Part shown: one piece after another, positions 7,883 to 16,026 of the stretch
Layout of the letters: every line of letters begins with the position of its first letter
Position numbering within the stretch: position 1 is the first letter of the stretch
From: Clostridia bacterium
GTDB taxonomy: Bacteria; Bacillota; Clostridia; Oscillospirales; Acutalibacteraceae
Direction of reading: 5' to 3'
DNA: 64,000 nt
NCBI GenBank assembly: GCA_017433225.1
Contig: JAFRHS010000044.1
Location: forward strand, 28,317-92,316
Notes under the pieces: generated by a model
Seen by the model: only the letters and a program-made list of their open reading frames with translations
Told to the model about the DNA's origin: nothing
Databases searched by the model: none
Program-made: the position numbers and the translations under genes

Positions 7883-8712
7883 AGAAGAAAACCACGGTCC
7901 TCGAACGCGTCTATCTCGCTCTGTTCATGATCCTGCTCTACACGCCCATGGTGGTGCTGATGGTCTTCTCCTTCAACTCCTCCAACAGTACGAGCGTCAT
8001 GGCCGGATTCTCTCTCAAGTGGTACGCGGAACTTTTCAAGGACGGCGCCACCATCGCGGCGTTCCGCAACACGGTGGTCCTTGCCTTCATCTCGGCGATC
8101 ATCTCGACCCTGTTCGGACTGGTCTCCGCGGTCGGCATCAACTACACGCGTTCGCGCTACTATAAAAAGACACTCCTGACGACGAACAACATCCCGATGA
8201 TGAACCCGGACATCGTCACGGGTATCTCCATGATGCTCCTGTTCGTCTTTGCCGGCACACTCATGCACCGGCAGGGCGTGCTGGGCTTTGGCACCATGCT
8301 CATCGCCCACATCACGTTCCAGCTGCCGTACGTCATCCTGAACATCCTCCCGCGTTTCCGGGCGATGGACGGGTACCTGACCGAAGCCGCCCAGGACCTC
8401 GGCTGTACGCCGGTCCAGGCCTTCTTCAAGGTGACACTGCCGCAGATCCGCCCCGGCGTCATCGCCGGTGCCATCATGGCCTTCACGCTGTCGCTCGACG
8501 ACTTCGTCATCTCGTACTTCGTCAGCGGTCCGGAATTCCAGACCCTGCCGATCCGCATCTATTCGATGACGAAAAAGCGCGTGACGCCTGACATGTATGC
8601 GCTGTCCACCATCATCTTCCTCGTCATGCTCATTCTCCTCATCGCGCTGAACGTCATCCAGAGCCGCGCGGAGAACGGCAGTCTGCAGAAAAGAGAGAAG
8701 GTGGCGAAATGA
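7879..8712 (+). CDS. potC: Spermidine/putrescine ABC transporter permease
   Basis: [23 protein letters not shown] start. ATGA overlap with the potB stop. Multi-TM. Confidence 0.85.
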   Translation: MKKKTTVLERVYLALFMILLYTPMVVLMVFSFNSSNSTSVMAGFSLKWYAELFKDGATIAAFRNTVVLAFISAIISTLFGLVSAVGINYTRSRYYKKTLLTTNNIPMMNPDIVTGISMMLLFVFAGTLMHRQGVLGFGTMLIAHITFQLPYVILNILPRFRAMDGYLTEAAQDLGCTPVQAFFKVTLPQIRPGVIAGAIMAFTLSLDDFVISYFVSGPEFQTLPIRIYSMTKKRVTPDMYALSTIIFLVMLILLIALNVIQSRAENGSLQKREKVAK

Positions 8713-9944
8713 GAAAGTACATCGCCACAGGGCTCATGGCACTCGTCATGGTGCTGAGCTCGTGTCTGTTCGCGTTTGCGGTCCCGAGCAGCGCGCCGAA
8801 CACGGCCAATATCGACAATGAGGACTATTACCGGAACAACCCGTACCGTGGAACGACCCTGAACGTCTACAACTGGGGCGAATACATTTCGGACGGGGGA
8901 GAAGGCTCTCTCGACGTCAACAAGAAGTTCGAGGACCTCACCGGCATCAAGGTCAATTACACGAACTTCGACTCGAATGAGGACATGTACGCGAAGCTCA
9001 AGAGCGGCGGCGCGAACTACGACCTCGTCTTTCCGTCGGACTACATGATCGAGCGCCTCATCGACGAGGGGCTCCTCGAGAAACTCGACTATTCGAAGAT
9101 CCCGAACTTCAAGTACATCGACCCGAAATACAAGGGGCTCTACTACGACCCGAAGGATGAGTACACGGTCGCTTACAACGTCGGCTATGTGGCGCTCATC
9201 TACAACAAAAAACTGGTCGAGGGGACACCGGACAGCTGGTCTGTCCTCTGGGATAAGAAGTATGAGGGACAGGTCCTCATGTTCAACAACCCGAGGGACT
9301 CGTTCGCGATCGCGCAGTCGCTGCTCGGTCAGGATTACAACGACACGGACCCGTCCAAGTGGGCCGCCGCGTACGACAAGCTCCTCGAGCAGAAACCGGT
9401 CGTCCGGGCCTACGTCATGGACGAAGTCTACAACATCATGGAGAGCGGCGCGGCCGCCATGGCTCCCTACTATGTGGGCGATTATTTCACCATGGCCGAG
9501 AACAACGACGACCTGGCGGTAGCGTTCCCGAAGGAGGGCGCGAACATCTTCGTCGACGCCATGTGCATCCCGACCACGGCGAAGAACAAGGGTGCCGCGG
9601 AGCTGTATATCAACTTCATGGAAGAACCGGAAGTGGCTCTGGCGAATGCGGAATACATCGCGTACGCGACCCCCAATACGGAAGTCCTCAAAATGGACGA
9701 TTACACCTACAAAGGGAACGAGATCCTGTACCCGGATGAGTCGCTCTTCGAGAACTACCAGTACTTCCACAACCTGCCGCCCGAGACCCAGACGCTCATG
9801 AGCAATTTCTGGTCCGACCTCAAAGTCGACGGCAGTTCGAACCGGTCGGTCTATGTCGGGCTGATCGCCTTCGTGGCGGTCGTGGCAGGGTATGCGATCT
9901 TCCACTTTGCCCGCCGGAAACACCGGGAAAAATACTACGATTAA
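8709..9944 (+). CDS. potD: Spermidine/putrescine-binding protein with lipoprotein signal and extra C-terminal TM helix
   Basis: Lipobox LSSC. PotD-like body (NVYNWGEYI, FPSDYM). C-terminal VYVGLIAFVAVVAGYAIFHFARRKHREKYYD. Confidence 0.85.
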   Translation: MRKYIATGLMALVMVLSSCLFAFAVPSSAPNTANIDNEDYYRNNPYRGTTLNVYNWGEYISDGGEGSLDVNKKFEDLTGIKVNYTNFDSNEDMYAKLKSGGANYDLVFPSDYMIERLIDEGLLEKLDYSKIPNFKYIDPKYKGLYYDPKDEYTVAYNVGYVALIYNKKLVEGTPDSWSVLWDKKYEGQVLMFNNPRDSFAIAQSLLGQDYNDTDPSKWAAAYDKLLEQKPVVRAYVMDEVYNIMESGAAAMAPYYVGDYFTMAENNDDLAVAFPKEGANIFVDAMCIPTTAKNKGAAELYINFMEEPEVALANAEYIAYATPNTEVLKMDDYTYKGNEILYPDESLFENYQYFHNLPPETQTLMSNFWSDLKVDGSSNRSVYVGLIAFVAVVAGYAIFHFARRKHREKYYD

Positions 9945-9970
9945 AAAGTGAAAAAATCCCCGATTATTGG

Positions 9971-9999
9971 TTGACAAAGACCGGGGTTATCACTATAAT
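9971..9999 (+). promoter_or_regulatory. Sigma-A-type promoter of tRNA-Leu(GAG)
   Basis: TTGACA (9971-9976), 17 nt spacer, TATAAT (9994-9999). Confidence 0.6.
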
Positions 10000-10038
10000 A
10001 GTCAATGTTGCGTGAGCCGAATACGGCTTGCGAAACAC

Positions 10039-10123
10039 GCGAGAGTGGCGGAATTGGCAGACGCGCACGTTTGAGGGGCGTGTGGAGTGATTCGTACGGG
10101 TTCAAGTCCCGTCTCTCGCACCA
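10039..10123 (+). tRNA. tRNA-Leu (anticodon GAG), CCA encoded
   Basis: GCGAGAG TG GCGGAATTGGCAGACGC G CACGT TTGAGGG GCGTG, long variable arm, GGGTTCAAGTCCCGT CTCTCGC A CCA. Confidence 0.9.
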
Positions 10124-10129
10124 AAAAAT

Positions 10130-10159
10130 AGCCGACCCGTATGGGTCGGCTGTTTTTTT
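10130..10159 (+). terminator. Intrinsic terminator after tRNA-Leu(GAG)
   Basis: AGCCGACCC GTAT GGGTCGGCT followed by TTTTTTT. Confidence 0.8.
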
Positions 10160-10164
10160 GTCCT

Positions 10165-10289
10165 GACGGGACTTGAACCTTTAGGCCGGAGCGTTAAGAA
10201 AACAGCACGGTGGGCTGTTTTTAGCGACGGGAGGTGCGGCAGCACCTCGGTGCGGCTTGCGAAGCAAGACGCATCAAGTCCCGTCTCTC
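10165..10289 (+). repeat. tRNA-Leu-linked cassette A: conserved ~89-nt module flanked by an inverted and a direct copy of the tRNA T-arm/acceptor 3' segment
   Basis: GACGGGACTTGAACC (10165-10179) is the exact reverse complement of tRNA GGTTCAAGTCCCGTC. CAAGTCCCGTCTCTC (10275-10289) repeats the tRNA 3' part. The module is about nine-tenths identical to 21475-21563 by hand alignment. Confidence 0.6.
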
Positions 10290-10339
10290 TTATTATTTTT
10301 ATGCTATAATAGTCCCATCATCACGAAAGGAGGCCACCC

Positions 10340-11533
10340 ATGCTCAGTTTCCTGCTGCCGATCATCTACCTGGCATTCATCAGTCTGGGCCTTCCGGACT
10401 CGGTCCTCGGTTCTGCCTGGCCGACGATCTACCCGGAATTCGGCGTCCCGGTCTCCTACGCCGGCATCGTCTCGGCGATCATCGCCGTCGGCACCGTCAT
10501 CTCGAGCCTCCTCAGCGCCCGCCTCATCTCGGTCCTGAAGACCGGAGGCGTCACCGCCATCAGTGTCGCGATGACCGCCGCTGCGCTGTTCGGCTTCTCT
10601 CTCTGTCATTCTTTCTGGGCGCTCTGCCTGTGGGCGATCCCGTACGGCCTCGGCGCCGGCAGTGTCGACGCCGCCCTCAACAACTATGTCGCCATCCACT
10701 ACAAGAGCCACCACATGAGCTGGCTCCATTGCATGTGGGGCGTCGGCGCGACCGCCGGGCCCTATCTCATGGGACGCGTCCTGACCATGGGCCTGCCCTG
10801 GACCATGGGCTACCGCATGCTCAGTTTCTTCCAGATGGCGCTCGCTATCGTGCTCATCGTCGTCATCCCGCTGTGGAAAGCCGCCGATGATGAACGGGAA
10901 GAGGGAAAAGAGGAGGACTCGGACGAATCGCCCGAAGCTCCCTGGAAACCGCGTCCGCTCAAAGAGATCGTCCGTTTGCCGGGCGTCAAAGAGATCATGG
11001 TCGCGTTCTTCTGCTACTGCGGTCTCGAGTCCACCACCGGTCTCTGGACCGGCAGTTACCTGACCCTGCACACCGGTCTCACGAACGAAGCGGCGGCCAC
11101 GTTCACGAGCCTCGCGTTCCTCGGTATCACGATCGGCCGTGCCCTGAACGGCTTCCTGGCCTTCCGCTATAACGACGACCAGCTCATCCACCTCGGCGAG
11201 GGCATCATCGCATTCGGCGTCGCCATGCTGCTCGTCCCGACCGGGACCGAATGGTTCCAGCTGACCGCCATCATGCTCATCGGCCTCGGCTGCGCGCCGA
11301 TCTACCCCTGCATCATCCATTCGACGCCGGGCCATTTCGGCAAACGGGCATCCCAGGAGATCATCGGCGTCCAGATGGCCAGTGCCTATGTAGGCACCAC
11401 GGTCCTTCCGCCGCTGTTCGGCCTCATCGCCCAGCACATCAGTATCCGCCTGTGGCCGGTCTACCTGGCCCTGCTGCTGATCCTCATGTTCTTCATGTAT
11501 GAACGGGTCCGTTCCAGGACCGCCGAACAGTAA
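10340..11533 (+). CDS. MFS transporter
   Basis: 397 aa and highly hydrophobic, with roughly 12 predicted TM segments and a central charged loop (ADDEREEGKEEDSDESPE). GGAGG Shine-Dalgarno. Confidence 0.75.
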   Translation: MLSFLLPIIYLAFISLGLPDSVLGSAWPTIYPEFGVPVSYAGIVSAIIAVGTVISSLLSARLISVLKTGGVTAISVAMTAAALFGFSLCHSFWALCLWAIPYGLGAGSVDAALNNYVAIHYKSHHMSWLHCMWGVGATAGPYLMGRVLTMGLPWTMGYRMLSFFQMALAIVLIVVIPLWKAADDEREEGKEEDSDESPEAPWKPRPLKEIVRLPGVKEIMVAFFCYCGLESTTGLWTGSYLTLHTGLTNEAAATFTSLAFLGITIGRALNGFLAFRYNDDQLIHLGEGIIAFGVAMLLVPTGTEWFQLTAIMLIGLGCAPIYPCIIHSTPGHFGKRASQEIIGVQMASAYVGTTVLPPLFGLIAQHISIRLWPVYLALLLILMFFMYERVRSRTAEQ

Positions 11534-11557
11534 CTCTTACGAAAGGAGTCCATCGCC

Positions 11558-12232
11558 ATGGTACGCATCCTCGTCGTCGATGACGACCGCAATACCCGGA
11601 AACTCTTCTCCGAGATCTTCGCCGCGGAAGGCTATGCAGTCGTGTCCGCCGCGAACGGGGTCGAGGCGCTCGAGTGCATGGATCGCGAACAGGTCCACCT
11701 CGCGGTCGTCGATGTCATGATGCCGGAGATGGACGGCCTCGAATTCACGAAAATGCTCCGTCAGGGGAATGAAAACCTGCCGATCCTGATGGTTTCCGCC
11801 AAGACCCTGTCTTCAGACGTCAAGGCCGGCCTCCGCGCCGGATCGGACGACTACATGACCAAGCCGATCGACCCCGAAGAGATGGTCCTGCGCGTCAAAG
11901 CGCTGCTCCGCCGGTTCCAGATCTCGGTCGAAAAAAAGATCCAGATCGGGGACGTGGTCCTCGATGAAGAAGCGCTCACCGTCAGCCGCGGCGATGAAGT
12001 CGTCGAGCTGCCGCAAAAGGAGTTCCAACTCCTGTATCTGCTGCTGTCCTCTCCCGGACGCATCTTCACCCGCATCCAGATCATGGATGCCGTCTGGGGC
12101 GAAGACAGCGAGACCGGCTGGGAGACCGTCACGGTCCACATCTCCCGTCTGCGCAAACACTTCGCCGACTGGGACGAATTCAATATCCAGTCCATCCGCG
12201 GGCTGGGCTATAAAGCTACGACCAATGTGTGA
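11558..12232 (+). CDS. OmpR-family response regulator
   Basis: REC domain (ILVVDDD, LAVVDVMMPEMDG) plus a winged-helix domain (LPQKEFQLLYLL, VTVHISRLRKH). Confidence 0.9.
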   Translation: MVRILVVDDDRNTRKLFSEIFAAEGYAVVSAANGVEALECMDREQVHLAVVDVMMPEMDGLEFTKMLRQGNENLPILMVSAKTLSSDVKAGLRAGSDDYMTKPIDPEEMVLRVKALLRRFQISVEKKIQIGDVVLDEEALTVSRGDEVVELPQKEFQLLYLLLSSPGRIFTRIQIMDAVWGEDSETGWETVTVHISRLRKHFADWDEFNIQSIRGLGYKATTNV

Positions 12233-12249
12233 AAAAGGAGGGAAGACCC

Positions 12250-13368
12250 ATGAGCGACCGCCGGCACGAGATCCTCGAAAAACTGCCGCGCCCGGATGCC
12301 GAGACCATCGAAAACCGGAAACGGTACTTCAAACTGACCGCGATGTTTTCTGTCATCGTTGCAGTCGTTCTGCTGGTCACCTCTATCATCATTATCGGAG
12401 GGGCCATCCTCCTGCACAAACTGAAGATCCTCAAAAAGCTTCCGGACCTTTCCCTGCGTTCCACCCGATGGGCGGGAGCCCTGGTGGCGCTGTTCTCGAT
12501 CCTCATCGGGACCGGTCTGTCCGCAGGCGCGATGAGTTTTCCGCTGCGTCTGCTGGAAGAGTACATCGATATGATCGACCGTCTGACCCACGGCAACTTC
12601 GACACACGGATCCGGATCCCCGCCGTCCTCCGCCGGTTCCGCCCGTTTCTCGAACTCGAGGAGAGTTTCAACAAACTTGCGGAAGAACTGGGTCGGAATG
12701 AAATGCTCCGCACGGACTTCATCCACGACTTCTCCCACGAGTTCAAAACACCGATCGTCTCCATCTCCGGCTTTGCCAAACTGCTCCAGAAGGGCAACCT
12801 CTCCGAAGAGCAGGAGAAAGAGTACCTCGAGATCATCCGGACCGAGTCTGAGAAGCTCTCCAATATGGCGATGAACGTCCTCGACATGAACAAACTCGAC
12901 AACGTCAGCGTCCTCACGGACATCACCCGGTTCAACCTGTCCGAGCAGCTGCGCCACTGTGTGCTCATGCTGGAAAAGAAGTGGACGGAAAAGCGTCAGG
13001 AGATCGACATCGATCTCGAAGAGTTCTACCTCTCCGGCAATGAGGACATGCTGTCCGAAGTCTGGATCAATCTCCTCGACAACGCCATCAAGTTCAGTCC
13101 CGTCGGCGGAAAGATCATCGTCAAAGTCCGTCCGAAAGACAACTGGCTCGCGGTCGAGGTCCGGAACACCGGAGAAACGATCCCCGACAAAGACAAGTAC
13201 CGTATCTTCGACAAGTTCTACCAGACGGACCCGTCTCACGCCACAGTTGGCAACGGCCTCGGCCTCTCCATCTGTAAACGCATCGTCGAGTTGCATCACG
13301 GCACCATCTCGGTCACATCCACCTTCGGACTGACTGTTTTTACGGTAAATCTGCCCCAAATCTTATAA
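12250..13368 (+). CDS. Sensor histidine kinase
   Basis: Two TM helices, H-box FIHDFSHEFKTPI, N-box NLLDNAIKF and G-boxes. Immediately downstream of the response regulator. Confidence 0.9.
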   Translation: MSDRRHEILEKLPRPDAETIENRKRYFKLTAMFSVIVAVVLLVTSIIIIGGAILLHKLKILKKLPDLSLRSTRWAGALVALFSILIGTGLSAGAMSFPLRLLEEYIDMIDRLTHGNFDTRIRIPAVLRRFRPFLELEESFNKLAEELGRNEMLRTDFIHDFSHEFKTPIVSISGFAKLLQKGNLSEEQEKEYLEIIRTESEKLSNMAMNVLDMNKLDNVSVLTDITRFNLSEQLRHCVLMLEKKWTEKRQEIDIDLEEFYLSGNEDMLSEVWINLLDNAIKFSPVGGKIIVKVRPKDNWLAVEVRNTGETIPDKDKYRIFDKFYQTDPSHATVGNGLGLSICKRIVELHHGTISVTSTFGLTVFTVNLPQIL

Positions 13369-13456
13369 AAGTTTCGATTCAGTTTAGAATAGTCTGTTAG
13401 ACTCCCACCTGTAATAGCTAATAATATATTTTTAAAAGGACTACTGGGTGAATCTA

Positions 13457-16024
13457 ATGGCAAACAAAACTACGATCGAACCGAATTTCAGAGAATTCTG
13501 CGCCGGCAAAGTCGCGTGGGGTTCTCTTTCTGTTCCCGGACAGAAATTCGAAAAGAAACCGGACGCCACCTTCAAGGCGGTGGCATACGACGACGTCACA
13601 CTCGCGGCCAAACTCTGGAAGGCTTCGAACGAGAAGCGGATCCTTCTCTGCGTCCACGGCTACGGCTCCGACGGCGTGACCGACTTCAAAGCCCTCATCC
13701 CGGGCCTCCTGGAGAACGGCACTTCCGTCTGCACCATGGACCTTCGGAACCATGGCGACAGCGACTGCGGCGAAAAGGCCTTCACCATGTGGGGCGTCAA
13801 AGAAAAATTCGATGTCATTGCGGTCCTGTGGGAACTGAACCGCGCCTACAACGGCGCCGGCAGACCCATCTATGTTTACGGTAAGGACCTCGGCGCGACC
13901 GCCGCTCTCTATTCCAACATGCGTGCCCTTCCCGGCACGGTCAAGGGTTTCATTTTGGAAGACCCGATCGAAGAGGCGATGGTCTCCATGCCGTACATCT
14001 TCAAAAAGACGACGGGCAGGGGCGACCACGATTACAATGCGCTGGAAGACTACCTGAACGACACCTATCGTCAGGACGCCGTCTCCAACAACAGCGATGC
14101 CCTGTGGCGGCTCGTCCAGAGACCGGCGCTGTTCCTCCAGTCCATGAAGAACGATCAGTTCCCGAAGAACTGGGTCAGCGACCTCGCGTCTGCCTATCCG
14201 AAGAAGAGCACGCTGATGTCCTTCCCGGAGGCGAAACTCGACGGCTGCTATGAAGCCGACCCCGAAAGCTTCCGCGCGGCAGTCGACACGTTCTTTGCCG
14301 AAAACGATGGAGCCGTCTATGACGACGAGGTGCACATCGCGTACCCGGACAAGACCATGTACGAGATGTTCAAGATGGCACGCGACCGTCTGCCGGGCAA
14401 CCCCGCTTACATGTTCCAGGGCGCGTCCACGACGTTCGACACGATGCATGACCACATCCTGTCCATCGCGGCAGCCTTCGAGGCCCACGGCGTGAAGAAG
14501 GGCGACACGGTCACTCTCTGCATGCCGAACATCCCGCAGGCCATCGAGACGCTGTATGCGCTCAACCGCATCGGTGTCACGGTCTCCCTGATCCATCCGC
14601 TGTCTGCGGAAAAAGAGATCGTCCACTACCTGACTCTCTCCGAGAGCAAAGCGATCCTCGTCCCGGACCTCTTCTACGAGAAGGTCCTCCAGGCGACCGA
14701 GGAGATCGACCGCGACATCGACATCATCGTCGCCCGCATGCAGGACTACCTGAACTTCCCGCTGAACGTCGGCTACTGGGCAAAGGACGGCCGCAAGTTC
14801 ACGAAGTTCCCGCTGAAAGGGAAGGGCACTGCCTGGAAAGACTACATGAAAGCCGGCCGCGGCAAGACTGCCTCCCTGGTGCCCTACGATGAGGGCCGTA
14901 CGGCGGTCATTCTCTACTCCGGCGGTTCGACCGGTGCTCCCAAGGGCATCCTGCTCTCCGACAAGAACTTCAACGCTCTGGCACTGCAGTGTGCCGTGGC
15001 GATCGACTTCGACTTCTTCCGCGACCTGCGGTTCCTGGCCGCCATGCCCGTGTTCCACGGCTTCGGCCTCGGCGTCGGCATCCACACGATCCTCGTCAAC
15101 GGCGGCTGCGATGTCCTGATCCCGACCGTCAACACGAAGAGCTATTCGGAAGCCATGCAGAAGTTCCACCCGAACCTCATCGCCGGCGTTCCGACTCTGT
15201 TCAAGATGCTCATCGAATCCGAATACATGAAAGATGCCGATGTCTCGTACCTCATGGGCATGTTCTCCGGCGGCGACTCCATTCCGGTCCCGCTGAAGCG
15301 CGCCGTCGACAAGTACCTCAAAGAACACGGCGCAAGCATCCAGGTCCGCGAGGGCTACGGTCTCACCGAGACCGTCACCGCGTCCTGCCTGACGCCCCGC
15401 ACCAAGTATAAAGAGGGCTCCATCGGTGTCGGCTATCCGGACACCACGTACCGGATCGTCAGACCCGGTACCGAAGAATTCCTCTCTGCGGGTGAGGAAG
15501 GCGAGATCGCCATCCAGGGTCCCTCCGTCATGCTGGGCTACAAAGACCAGCCGGAAGAGACCGCCAAGACGCTCGTACGCCATTCGAACGGGGAAGTCTG
15601 GCTCCACACCGGCGACCTCGGCCACATGGACGAGGAGGACTTCGTCTACTTCCATCAGCGCATGAAGCGTATGATCATCACGTCCGGCTACAACGTTTCC
15701 CCGGCTCAGGTCGAAAATGCGATCAACGAACTGGACTATGTCGACTACTCCTGTGTCATCGGTGTCCAGGACGACTATAAGATGCAGCGCATCAAGGCGT
15801 TCGTCGTCCTCAAAGAGGGTGTCGAAGGCACCGAAGAACTGAAGAAACAGATCGTGGACGCCTGCCGCGCTTCCGTCGCCGGTTACGCGCTCCCGAGAGA
15901 GATCGAATTCCGCTCCGAACTTCCGAAGACGCTGGTCGGCAAAGTCGCCTTCCACGCTCTGGAGGAAGAGGAGAATGCCAAGATCGCCGCAGCGAAGAAA
16001 GCTGCCGCGGAAGGAGCTAACTGA
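13457..16024 (+). CDS. Fusion protein: N-terminal alpha/beta-hydrolase-like domain plus AMP-dependent acyl-CoA synthetase/ligase
   Basis: N-terminal ~290 aa hydrolase fold (ILLCVHGYGSDG, elbow YGKDLGA). AMP-binding motifs YSGGSTGAPKG, GYGLTE, TGDLGHMD, LPKTLVGKV. Start uncertain (GTG 13448 or ATG 13457). Confidence 0.8.
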   Translation: MANKTTIEPNFREFCAGKVAWGSLSVPGQKFEKKPDATFKAVAYDDVTLAAKLWKASNEKRILLCVHGYGSDGVTDFKALIPGLLENGTSVCTMDLRNHGDSDCGEKAFTMWGVKEKFDVIAVLWELNRAYNGAGRPIYVYGKDLGATAALYSNMRALPGTVKGFILEDPIEEAMVSMPYIFKKTTGRGDHDYNALEDYLNDTYRQDAVSNNSDALWRLVQRPALFLQSMKNDQFPKNWVSDLASAYPKKSTLMSFPEAKLDGCYEADPESFRAAVDTFFAENDGAVYDDEVHIAYPDKTMYEMFKMARDRLPGNPAYMFQGASTTFDTMHDHILSIAAAFEAHGVKKGDTVTLCMPNIPQAIETLYALNRIGVTVSLIHPLSAEKEIVHYLTLSESKAILVPDLFYEKVLQATEEIDRDIDIIVARMQDYLNFPLNVGYWAKDGRKFTKFPLKGKGTAWKDYMKAGRGKTASLVPYDEGRTAVILYSGGSTGAPKGILLSDKNFNALALQCAVAIDFDFFRDLRFLAAMPVFHGFGLGVGIHTILVNGGCDVLIPTVNTKSYSEAMQKFHPNLIAGVPTLFKMLIESEYMKDADVSYLMGMFSGGDSIPVPLKRAVDKYLKEHGASIQVREGYGLTETVTASCLTPRTKYKEGSIGVGYPDTTYRIVRPGTEEFLSAGEEGEIAIQGPSVMLGYKDQPEETAKTLVRHSNGEVWLHTGDLGHMDEEDFVYFHQRMKRMIITSGYNVSPAQVENAINELDYVDYSCVIGVQDDYKMQRIKAFVVLKEGVEGTEELKKQIVDACRASVAGYALPREIEFRSELPKTLVGKVAFHALEEEENAKIAAAKKAAAEGAN

Positions 16025-16026
16025 TC

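Noticed and set aside
8559-9977. 472-aa minus-strand ORF opposite potD. Similar long antisense ORFs occur at 7049-7783, 10304-11437, 12208-13368, 15883-17205, 19679-21340, 21773-23338, 29503-31134, 36610-38403, 39097-41025, 42371-44546, 44589-45857, 47599-48783, 49444-50715, 57664-58524 and 58671-60125.
   Set aside because: All overlap better-supported genes on the other strand, lack ribosome-binding sites and recognisable motifs, and show GC-driven amino-acid bias.
10165-10252. Possibility that the shared module is a minus-strand tRNA or pseudo-tRNA, because it ends in GGTTCAAGTCCCGTC when reverse-complemented
   Set aside because: Only the 15-nt T-arm segment matches. No complementary T-stem 5' strand, D-arm or acceptor pairing can be drawn, and the rest bears no similarity to the tRNA-Leu sequences.
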